Shown here one piece after another: positions 1 to 9,140 of a stretch of 9,841 nt of DNA. Position numbers and translations under genes: made by a program. Source of the DNA: Azolla caroliniana (taxonomy: Eukaryota; Plantae; Polypodiophyta). A model generated the notes under the pieces. The model worked only from the letters and a program-made list of their open reading frames with translations, searched no databases and was not told where the DNA came from. The stretch spans positions 1 through 9,841 of the forward strand of contig JBHGNT010001320.1 in assembly GCA_043228905.1 (NCBI GenBank), written 5' to 3'. Every line of letters starts with the position of its first letter. Within the stretch, counting starts at the first letter, position 1.

Positions 1-627
1 ACGAGACCAGACATAACATTCGTTGTGGGAGCAGTAAGCCGATATATGAGTAATCCAGGAAGAGAACACTAGGCAACGGTGAAGTGGATACTTAGGTACT
101 TAAAAGGCACCTTAGGGTTGTGCCTAGGGTATGGTGTCAGAAAACCTGTGCTGGAAGGTTTTACCGACTCGGACATGTCGGGAGATGTAGACTCAAGCCA
201 ATCCACGTCGGGGTACGTGATGACCTATGGAGGGGGAGCAGTGTCATGACAATCACGACTGCAGAAGTCTGTAGCCTTGTCGACTACAGAGGTAGAGTAT
301 ATGGTAGCGGTAGAGGCCGACAAAGAGCTGATCTGGACGAGAAATTTTCTCAACGAGCTAGGGATGAAGTAGAGGGAGTTCTTGCTTCACTGTGATAGCC
401 AGAGTGCCATACATCTTGCCAAGAATGCTGCGTATCACTCCCGGACCAAGCACATATAGAGAAAGTATCACTGGTTGCGGGAGAAAGTCGAAGAAGGAGA
501 GTTTACACTTGTGAAGGTCCACACGGATGACAATGGATCCGACATGCTCACGAAGAAACTACCTATGGATAGACTTAGAGTCTGTCGACAGAAGAAAGGA
601 TTGACTCACTCCCTCCCACAAGAGTGA
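1..627 (+). pseudogene. pol: Copia pol C-terminus (end of RT plus RNase H) with premature stops
   Basis: Frame 1 reads TRPDITFVVGAVSRYMSNPGREH*ATVKWILRYLKGT...GFTDSDMSGDVDSSQSTSGY...VS*QSRLQKSVALSTTEVEY...LHCDSQSAIHLAKNAAYHSRTKHI*RKYHWLRE...VHTDDNGSDMLTK. In-frame stops at 70, 247, 370 and 457; natural stop at 625-627. Confidence 0.96.
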
Positions 628-635
628 AGGGGGAG
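626..635 (+). other. Polypurine tract (PPT) of copia element
   Basis: GAAGGGGGAG ending 2 nt before the LTR-initial TGTTG at 638. Confidence 0.9.
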
Positions 636-637
636 TT

Positions 638-1178
638 TGTTGGGGATATGTCCCTCCAGTGGAAGGAACTGACTGTTCGGAAGTAGCCGACAACCGACAA
701 CCGACAGTCGAAGAGTCGACAATAGAGAGTCGATTATTTAAACAGATTATTATTATTATTATAGTAATAATAATAGTAATGATATGTAGTAGTGGCTACA
801 ATTGTAAATAGTCCACACGATGTATCAGTATATATATATACATCTAGGGCAAACATAGTGGCGTGAGGACAATAGAAGTGTGCGTAAGAGAGACGCGAGA
901 AAAGAGAGAGAGTGGAGAGGAAGGAGAGAAAGAGTGGTGCCATAGCTGTGTGCGTAACAATAGACGCCAAGAACCCTATGTGGATGATACACTCAAAATC
1001 AGAGTGTTTTAATCTCTGCCTTGTACATTCACTGTATAGTGAAGTTTCTGCTCTCCCGTGGTTTTCTCCCGTTTTTTAGGGTTTCCACGTAAATCTCTGT
1101 GTACTGTGTTGTCGTATGCATGTGTAGTGTATTTTCAGCATCGTTTGATCTTGTGGTTTTACGAATCGATTCACAACA
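638..1178 (+). repeat. Copia 3' LTR (541 bp)
   Basis: Starts TGTTG after the PPT and ends CAACA. TATA-like run at 829-840, GA-rich tract, and U5 motif CCGTGGTTTT...TTTCCACGTAAA. Shares collinear motifs with the solo LTR at 7837-8531. Candidate TSD CTAAC at 1179-1183 (partner outside window). Confidence 0.9.
686..705 (+). promoter_or_regulatory. Three tandem DRE/CRT cores (RCCGAC) in copia U3
   Basis: GCCGAC-A-ACCGAC-A-ACCGAC at 686, 693 and 700. RCCGAC is the established DREB/CBF core; function here is inferred. Confidence 0.5.
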
Positions 1179-2060
1179 CTAACTTAGCACACTTACTCAT
1201 AGACAATGTTTGAGAATTGTGAGGTACACGTAAAAATACCTTCTGTCCAGGGTTGAATACACGAGGTTGCCTAATATGATCGGCGTAAAAACGTGCTCTA
1301 TCTATCTTGAGCTGTTTTTATATTATCTTGTGCAATATGCAACATATCTTGCATATCGTGAAGAAAGTTTTGCGTAATTCGCAAATCATCATGATGTATA
1401 TTAACATCAATGGGGCTCGTGGCTGAAAACCATACATCAACATAAAAGGGCTATATCCTGTCGATGCATGCTTGGAGCTGTTATAAGCAAACTCCAAAAT
1501 TGGGAGATAACGTTCCCATTTTGTTGGTTTTGCACCAACGTATGCTCGAAGCATGTCCTCAATAATTTTATTTACTCGTGCTCAACGTAGTTTCTAACTT
1601 CTTAAAGACGTGCGTCCAGAAGTCACTAGTAAACTTTGGATCTCGATCACTCACGATATCCATCGGTAACCAATAAAAACGAAATAACTCGTCAACGAAT
1701 TGGTAAGCCAATTCAGGATCGGTTACCGTGGTTTTAGTAGCAATAAATCTGGCCATTTTAGTTAGTCTATCAACCACAACCTAGATGGCATCATGGCCTT
1801 TTTGGGTGTGAGGAAGGCTAACAAAAAAATCCATGGATATAATTTCCAACTTATTATTGGGAATGTCCAAGGGATGTAAAAGTCGTACGGATTTAAATCG
1901 CTCGACTTTGTTAACTTGACATTAGTGACATTTAGTCACATAGCTATGTAGGTCAGGACGCATCTTAGGCCAATAGAATTGAGTGGGGATGAGAACGAGT
2001 GTACGATGTATTCCAGGGTGCCCTGTTGAGGGTGCATTATGGCATTAAAAAAGAATTCTC
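1179..2060 (-). pseudogene. pol: Gypsy integrase remnant
   Basis: HHCC zinc-binding region (HNAPSTGHPG...FYWPKM...TKCH*CQ) and core (VDRLTKMARF, IVSDRDPKFTSDFW, MLRAYV...LEFAYNSSKHASTGYSPF). C-terminal VFNPGQKVFLRVP...CAKL is cut at 1179, just before the expected GPY/F motif. Confidence 0.93.
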
Positions 2061-2429
2061 TTTTTGACCTCGGGCAAATCTAGAACACAAACCTTCCCAT
2101 TACGGTAGAGCAGACCGTTAGCAATGTAGAAGGATTCCTTCGAGGATGTGCTGGTGTCTGTTCCAAACTCAACTCTTGCCCAATATTTTGCAAAATAACT
2201 GTCATCAGGATACTTTCCTCGAAGGTGATCATAAAGATCTGATGTTATTTCAGTGAAGCTAAGCATGTTAACTTCATGGATGCGACCTAGTGCATCAACG
2301 ACAGTATTCATGGAACATGAAAATTCAAAGTCCTTGATGAGATCAACCCATCGTGCCTTACGACCTTTTAGGTCTTCTTGGTCACAAAAATATTTCAAGG
2401 ACTCGTGGTCCGTAGTGACCACAAAACGT
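2061..2429 (-). pseudogene. pol: Gypsy RNase H C-terminal half and linker
   Basis: FVVTTDHESLKYF...KARWVDLIKDFEF...NTVVDALGR. Joins in frame to ...YLYGKR once 2430-3063 and one TSD copy are removed. Confidence 0.92.
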
Positions 2430-3063
2430 TGTCGTAGTGTATTCCACACACTACGTGAAAACCATAAAATAATATATCCGATTTTAGATACATATAAATA
2501 AATAAATAATATATCAAAACATTTATCACATGTATAGGGTAGGATTCGAACCCTACACCTCCACGTAGATAAACCCCAACTTTACCATTATAATAACTTA
2601 TCTTTAGTGTTATACATATAGATTTAATACGTATAAGACCTTTATTTACACATACCTTTATTAAAAGGTAAAAATCATGTATTCTTTAGGGTGTGAATAT
2701 TTTATTTACACGTGACATTAAAAGTGACTCATGCACATCTAGCGTGCATGAGCCCTATACTTAGGAAATGACAAAGCATCACATGCACATTTAGTGTGCA
2801 TGGACACTTTTGGTGAAAAAGCATGAAGCCATGCTTAGCCTCTTCTATCTTTATATAAGGAGGAGAGAAATATGTATAAGGTTGTTGATTAATATACAAG
2901 GATTGATCAATCTAATAAACTCGTGGGATTCACGAGATTGCTATCTTACTTCTCTTTCCACTATTCATAACTAGCCTTAAGTTGTATTCCACTTCCTCCT
3001 AGTCAAAAACCTCGGCGGTTCCCACCCGACTCACGCAACGATCCGGAGCCGAAAGGCACGACA
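2430..3063 (+). mobile_element. Solo LTR (634 bp) inserted in gypsy RNase H, 4-bp TSD ACGT
   Basis: Termini TGTCGT...ACGACA, with ACGT at 2426-2429 and 3064-3067. Excision restores GGA AAA CGT TTT GTG (G-K-R-F-V). TATATAA near 2852 and AATAAA near 2914 suggest + orientation. Confidence 0.9.
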
Positions 3064-4242
3064 ACGTTTTCCATAAAGATAATGGCGCCATGTTTTGAGC
3101 GCATGGATAACTGCAAATAATTCTTTTTCTTGAACTGTATACCGACATTGAGCAGAATCAAGTTTCGTACTCTCAAATGCTATTGGTTTACCAACTTGAT
3201 ATAAGACAACACCTATAGCATAATCGCTTGCATCGGTTTCAACTTCAAAAGGTTTTGAAGGATCTGGTAAAAGAAGTGAAGGAGCCTTACACACCAGGTC
3301 CTTGAGTTCCTTAAAGGCGAGGTCTAGTGTAGCATTCCACACAATAGGTTTTGTAGATTTACGCGTTTGACCGTTGAGAAGATCAGTAAACGACATCATC
3401 AATTGGGAGTAATTACAAAGGGATTTTTGCAAAAACCCGACAAAACCAAGGAATGATCGAACTTCTCGAATATTCCAAAGAGTGGGCCAAAGTTTGATTT
3501 TCTCAATGCAAGAAGGATCAATTTCAACTCCTCATTCGGTTATGAGATGAACAAGATAAGTAATTGATTTCTTGAAGAACTCACATTTTGAGATTTTCGC
3601 GTAGAATTGCTTGTCGCGTAATATTTGTAAAACAAAGCGGACATGTTTAGCATGTTCTTCTAATGTACGACAATAAACTAGAATTTCATCCAAGAAAATA
3701 ACGACAAATTTTCCAAGTTGTTCTTGGAAAATGTCATTCATTTCTTGTTGAAATGTGGCCGGAGCATTGGTCAAACCGAAAGGCATGACCAAAAACTCGT
3801 AATGGCCATAGCGCATACGAAATGCCATTTTAGGAACATAATCCTCACTTATACGAATTTGATCATAGCCTGTACGGAGATCAAGTTTTGTAAAATACCG
3901 AGCTCCCTAGAGACGGTCAATTAGATCGTCAGCCCAGGGTAATGGATATGAATTCTTAATCATGACTTTATTCAAGCATCGACAATTAATACACGTACAC
4001 CATGTGCCCTCTTTCTTTTTTACCAAGAGAACAGGTGCACCCCATGGAGATTTACTATAACGTATATAACCTATTCGTAAATAGTCCTTGATTTGCTTAG
4101 ATATCTTATCCTCTTCGGATTGACTTAAGCGATAAGGAGGTATACTTATTGGTGCAATGTGAGGTAGAATATCTATACAATGGTCTATATTACGTTTAGG
4201 AGGTAACCCGTTTGGTAGTTCAGTCAGAAAAACATCACGCAA
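3064..4242 (-). pseudogene. pol: Gypsy reverse transcriptase and RNase H N-terminal half
   Basis: [49 protein letters not shown], degenerate catalytic [40 protein letters not shown]. Broken into several ORFs. Confidence 0.96.
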
Positions 4243-4439
4243 ATCATTTAAGATTTCATCGAGTTGTTGTTATTCAAAATATGATAATTGAACCAAGACA
4301 TTATCAATATTGTAAACGTGAATGTCCGGATCACAATAAAATAAAGTAGAACAAGACAACTCGGATATTGATGGAGAGGAAACAATCGAAAGAGATTGTT
4401 TTTTAACACATTGAATAAAATGAGTACAATCATTCAGTA

Positions 4440-5775
4440 CAAAAGTAATTGAATGATGAACCCAATCAATAGATAAAGAAGAGTTTTTATTAAAAAACTA
4501 GGGATAACCCAGTATTACATCAGTGGTACAAAGATTCATTACATGGAAGTCTACTTCCTCTATATCAGTATCACCCGTTGATGTATTGTACTCTTCCATC
4601 AGCCAAGTGCACCCTATAGGTGTGATCACTTATAGTGGGTTGGATTCTCCATATCTGAACCAAACGATCATTCACAAAATTGTGTGAGCTTACGAAATCA
4701 AATAAAAATGGTATGGGAGATCCATTGATATACCTGTTTGCACATAGTAAATCATTGGGTCCCAATACATAGTGAGGGAAAGAACATTGACAATTACTTA
4801 AATGATGTGTATAGACCTCAAGGACATTAGGAATCTGACCTTTATGGTCTGCAACTTTTGCTTTGTTGTCGTGCTCTTTTCGTTGGAGCTTTCGACATTG
4901 TTCTTTTATATGACCCTTCCTTTTGCAGAATATGCAAAAAGGATGTTGTCGCTTACAATCACGATCCATGAATTTGTTGGGTGTCTTACGTTTCCCAACA
5001 AATTGTGACTGCTTAGTCCCGGGCGCTTCGTTGGGTTTGTTATGGTCCTTCTTCGAAGTGTGTTGATAGCGAAGAACTATTTCAACGGCCTCTTCAAAGG
5101 ATTTTTGGATCCTTATCATGCACTATCCAGTGATAGTCCGAATTGGGGTTGCCATTGACAAAACAAGCTATCAACCAATTGTCCCTGTCTAGACCCGATT
5201 TTTGGATTTGGGTTCTAGCATGGTGAACATAGTCTTCTAGTGAGGAAAACTTCATGCTAGAGAGGTTCATTAAAGCTTGTGCTTCCTCGGTTCAAGATAG
5301 AGGTTGCAGAAATTAGCCCTTGAAAATTGTGACAAAATCTATCCAACTATCGGCCAATTTCCCCAAAGTTCGGAGCCCACGCCACCAGGCAGCAGCCTTT
5401 ACCCCCTAGTTCTCGGCTGACATATGCAATCTTCGTACTATTTGGTGTGGGATAGAGCTCAAAATGAGACTCTCATCGGCCCAACCACGTGCAGATTACT
5501 TCTTCGGTTCTTTCCTTTTTTTCTCCTGTAAATGGCTTTACGACAAATGATGGTTCACCTTGACGCTCATCGGGTCTATTAGTCTCACGTTTTAAACTAA
5601 TGACATGTGCCTCGAGAGCACTTTGAGATAGCCGAAGTTCGGACATCTGATGCATAGTTGAACTAAGGAAATGTTGTATTTGTAAAAAATACGACTCAAT
5701 GGATATTGGTCTAGGAGGATTTCCTTGAGTTCCTTTCGCTTGAGCGGGTGACATCAAGTCGCTATTCTGAACCAT
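4440..5775 (-). pseudogene. gag: Gypsy gag plus aspartic protease remnant
   Basis: KPFTGE...TWLGR*ESHFELY...KAAAWW capsid-like segment (stop at 5473-5475, frameshift near 5400). CX2CX4HX4C knuckle CIFCKRKGHIKEQC at 4895-4936. Degenerate protease site FLFDFVSSHNFV near 4680-4710. Boundaries approximate. Confidence 0.88.
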
Positions 5776-6939
5776 TAAATGATTATTTCTGGCAAAGAAA
5801 TAAGATAAGGTCAGACAAATAGTCATAACCTCATGTCGTGATGTAAAATTATCATGGGCAAACATTAATCGATATCATGATCTCACGTCAATACCCCTCT
5901 AGACGTATGAGATGAGGTTCAAGATCAGGTTACTATGGTAACACAAAGGTGTTTTAAAAACCATGGGGGTGACAAATGAATGTCTTTCCCTGATCTCTAT
6001 ATTGAATTTTTTCATGGCTGCTCCCTGAGGCTTAACCATGTATGTTCGTGTCATGAATAGTTTATACACGAAAAAAATGTTAACAATAAATTATGTTTTT
6101 GTGCCCACGTATATGGATTCGGCTCTTTAAGTCCTATTATGAGGACCCCAAAGTGCAGTTAGACCTAAAGTCTAAACATGTATTATAGTCATATGTATCA
6201 ACAATGTTGTATGGTCTTGGTCATATTTGAACTCGAGACCTCAAGAACAAATGCATTAAACACTTGAGCTAACCAAATACGTTACACGTGTTGAATGTTT
6301 AATATTTTATGTGTATAAGAGATATGTGAGGCATTTGCCCATATATGTCAAGAGTCCTTATTTCCCTCTCATTTACCGCAAACTATGTTGGTACGTTACC
6401 TCAAGTCTCATAATTATGATGGCATACGCCCAAGTGCAACCTAATGGTCAAGCCAAATGAGCCCTCTTTTCGTAGTAGGCCCACATGGCCCATCACATGG
6501 TTACATCATTACGAATGCCTTTCATAAGAATGATCTCATGGTGGTATCGTATCCATGTAATATGGGAGGGATGTTGGATATGTGTGTCATAGGAGCGACC
6601 TCACATGAAGTGGGTCAAGCCCTGCATTCTCACCATCATTGTGGCTATGATTGTTTCGTTACGTAACAAAAGCGAAGTGACCAACGGGGATGTCAACAAA
6701 AAAGATTGTTGAAAAAAGGATGGTGACTACGCCATTCTCACAAAAATGTGAGGACGGCCACCAAGATCCGTTCCCCGAAAAGGACAACATTCGATATAGA
6801 AATTACGTTATAACTAACATACACATATGTATATTTATCACATACATATGATCAAATACATATACATGTGACCACATATGTGTATATTAAAAAAATTCGT
6901 AACATCAAATAGCCAACATATGATGAAATTGAGACACGT

Positions 6940-7197
6940 AATCGAGGCATATCGCCTCTACACACACGAAACATAAAAAAAAAGGGTTAATCATAATACG
7001 CAATTGAGGTAATGACCTCTTACGTATACAACACCAAATGCATATCATTTACATAAAAATTGAGGTATTGACCTCATACGCATACGTAACATATGTATGT
7101 GAATGTGATACACAATTGAGGTATTAACCTCGTACGCATACGACATGAATCACATATCAAATATATGTCAAATGAGGTATTGACCTCATACACATAT
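6940..7197. repeat. Periodic hairpin array in gypsy leader: 28-bp conserved unit plus 28-bp divergent spacer
   Basis: Consensus AATTGAGGTATTGACCTCATACGCATAC at 7002, 7058, 7114 and 7170 (exact 56-bp period), with a diverged copy at 6940. Palindromic core GAGGT-N4-ACCTC. Confidence 0.9.
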
Positions 7198-7430
7198 GTA
7201 AACGTTTTATACAACCAATTAATTACCACTACAATATCATTGAGTCGATGAAAGAAAACATATATTGACTATACATGATTAGATTGGGAGAAGAAAGAAT
7301 AGAAAAAAAACAAGAAAGAGTTACTGAAGTTCGTTTGTTGATTGCTATCTGGATCAAGGTCAACCGCACATCGATTGATCACCATCCATCAAGAAGACAA
7401 AAACCAACAAAAGAAACATTAGAAACAATA

Positions 7431-7442
7431 GCTCTGATACCA
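7431..7442 (-). other. Primer binding site, initiator tRNA-Met, copy A
   Basis: Minus strand TGGTATCAGAGC, 2 nt after the LTR-terminal ...CTAACA (7445). Confidence 0.95.
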
Positions 7443-7444
7443 AT

Positions 7445-7830
7445 TGTTAGAGCGATGGTCTAATGTAAGCATATGATAAAGATAAAAGATATAAGAAATA
7501 AGAAAGGTGAGAGAGAAAGAAGGGTGTTGATCCACCCGACCACCCCCGAACGAAGGGATCGAGATGGACTCGAGCCTCGATCGGTGTCCCATACCACTGC
7601 CGTGGCATCAAGTCGTGCCTGTTGTTGGCACGCACGCTACAAGAGTTGACCCACCACAAGAATAGAGTCTCGACATAGTCAAGAGATGATGAAATGAGGG
7701 TAGCTAGGCCTCATATTTATAGTGATACCCAAGGCCCCCAGACAAGTTCACACTTGGCCTAATGGGTTGTCTCAATCCCTAGGATTAAAAGTAATCCTCC
7801 CCTTCTTTACACTCTTGTTTAACCCTCACA
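7445..7830 (-). repeat. 5' LTR of gypsy copy A (~386 bp)
   Basis: Inner end fixed by the PBS. Minus-strand TATAAATA at ~7721-7714. Putative outer end TGTGAG at 7830 forms an imperfect inverted repeat with CTAACA. The LTR could instead continue past 8536. Confidence 0.7.
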
Positions 7831-7836
7831 CTTATC

Positions 7837-8531
7837 TGATGAAAACTCGACGTTCCTTATGTTTGACGCTCGGCCACAACCAAGATTCTTTTCATACACA
7901 GAAAAACAGGTAATGAAAAACGCGACACAAAAGGGAGAAATAGTACACAGGAGGTTTACGTGGAAAACACCAAAATAGGGGAAAAACCACGGCAGCCCAC
8001 AGGCTGCAAACTGTCACTATGTAGCAATATACAATAGTGAGTACACTGAGGCAACGACCTCGCACTCTCAGATCTTCGCCACAGGCGGCGGTTACAACAG
8101 AGGCAACGACCTCGTCTCTCTCTCTCTCTCTCTCTGTACAGTTGCGCGCTCTCACTATCTTCTTGCACCAACAAGGAGAAAAATAACAACAAAAATGACA
8201 ACGACACATAAAAGTTTGCCCTAAGTCATATTTATACTAATATGACTTTTCGGCTATTTACAAATGTAGCCTCGATGGGCTCTCAGAAACATATTCACAA
8301 ATATGTCTCTTCCTCCGGTTCATACCGGGCCTGCACCATCCGTCTCTCCGCAGTCGGGTACTCCCCATCCGGTTCATACCGGGCCTACACCATCCAGCTC
8401 TCCGCAGTCGGGTACTCCCCATTCGGTTCGTACCATTTCCGGAGGGACCTGTCTCCCTTCCCAGTTTGTACCAGTTTGTTCGTCGGCACTGTTCTTCTCC
8501 CTTCCCATCCGGAGGGACCTGTCTCCCAACA
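7837..8531 (-). mobile_element. Copia solo LTR (695 bp), 5-bp TSD TTATC
   Basis: Minus strand TGTTGGGAG...TTCATCA with TTATC at 7832-7836 and 8532-8536. Shares motifs with the 638-1178 LTR (GTCCCTCC, GGCTACA.TTGTAAATAG, TAGGGCAAAC, CCGTGGTTTT, TTTCCACGTAAA, CTGTGTACT). Confidence 0.92.
8314..8434. repeat. 54-bp tandem repeat (2 copies plus partial) in U3 of copia solo LTR
   Basis: TCCGGTTCATACCGGGCCT...GTCGGGTACTCCCCA at 8314-8367 and 8368-8421, partial at 8422-8434. A separate 20-bp direct repeat lies at 8438-8457 and 8508-8527. Confidence 0.92.
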
Positions 8532-8916
8532 TTATCCACGTGTATAGAATACTACGGTAAATTCTCATCACTGGATATTATATGGTCATGCCCGGAACAA
8601 GAGTTTTGTCTCCCTTCGATGTCATTAGCCTTGAGTCTGGACCATGTATACTCTTTTCGTGGTGAACCGGGAGAAAGTGGTTGTCAAGCACCTCCGAGCT
8701 ACTTTGTCAATTAGTGCTCTCTGTCTCTCTGTCTCTCTCTTTGACAAACAACAAGAATGTAAGGACAAAGAAGATATATTATTAAACATCACTTCTTGTT
8801 ACAAAGAGGTTTAACAACATACAAGAGGTGGTGATTAGGGTTTTGGCTTACTTAGCTCTAATGAAGGCTTAAGGGGGATAAAAGAGGAGCTCTAATACAC
8901 TAATAGGAAGATAAAC

Positions 8917-9069
8917 CTAAGATAGCCCCCATAGCTGCTTTTCTAAGGAGATTTGCTGAAGATCCCCCAGCAACCGTTGGTTTTCTTGTTCCAAAGCATG
9001 GAACTTCTCCTTCAAGCATTGAAATTCCGAGAAAACAGATTGATATTCTTCAGCGCTAACTGTGGCCAT
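8917..9069 (-). CDS. 50-aa coiled-coil ORF downstream of LTR X (probable Gag N-terminal remnant or small protein)
   Basis: MATVSAEEYQSVFSEFQCLKEKFHALEQENQRLLGDLQQISLEKQLWGLS*. First ATG after the PBS-like site, context ccATGGC, heptad L19/L26/L33/I40. Absent from the supplied ORF track. Confidence 0.5.
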   Translation of the reverse strand: MATVSAEEYQSVFSEFQCLKEKFHALEQENQRLLGDLQQISLEKQLWGLS

Positions 9070-9128
9070 GGGATGAAAGAAAAGAGGAATAAAAGATTAG
9101 TAGGAAATGAGAGAGACAGAAGGTAGGA

Positions 9129-9140
9129 AAATTGGTTCAA
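9129..9140 (-). other. Putative self-priming PBS of element X
   Basis: Minus strand TTGAACCAATTT starts 2 nt after the LTR end and is the exact complement of AAATTGGTTCAA at 9344-9333 inside the LTR. Confidence 0.75.

Larger units (their letters stand above)
1..1178 (+). mobile_element. Ty1/copia LTR retrotransposon, 3' part (Tnt1/Tork-like), truncated by window start
   Basis: Frame-1 RT/RNase H remnant followed by a polypurine tract and a TGTTG...CAACA-bounded LTR. Gypsy integrase coding sequence resumes directly after 1178. Lineage assignment is by motif resemblance only. Confidence 0.95.
1179..7830 (-). mobile_element. Ty3/gypsy (chromovirus-like) LTR retrotransposon, copy A, decayed; 3' end displaced by the copia insertion
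   Basis: Minus-strand order LTR-PBS(Met)-leader-gag-CCHC-protease-RT-RNaseH-integrase, which is the gypsy domain order. Many stops and frameshifts. Outer LTR boundary at 7830 is less certain. Confidence 0.93.

Noticed and set aside
120-395. 91-aa + strand ORF as a gene
   Set aside because: Alternative frame over the copia RNase H, whose conserved motifs are in frame 1.
734-970. 78-aa ORF with poly-Y/poly-N
   Set aside because: Artefact of the ATT/AAT microsatellite and GA tract inside the copia LTR.
7002-7197. True CRISPR array
   Set aside because: Eukaryotic retrotransposon context and no cas genes. The spacers retain similarity to each other, indicating origin by tandem duplication rather than acquisition.
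7454-7465. 12-nt match GATGGTCTAATG shared with 9490-9501
   Set aside because: Short, not fully conserved in copy B, and without flanking homology; likely chance.
7892-8714. Cluster of overlapping ORFs (65-105 aa) in both directions
   Set aside because: They lie in or straddle the copia solo LTR. Openness is explained by GC-rich 54-bp (multiple of 3) repeats and a CT microsatellite; no recognisable domains.
8537-8916. Further LTR end at 8758 (TGTAAGG), LINE tail, or TTTGTCAA/TTGACAAA hairpin around a CT tract
   Set aside because: No partner terminus, TSD, PBS/PPT or recognisable coding motif found; segment left unassigned.
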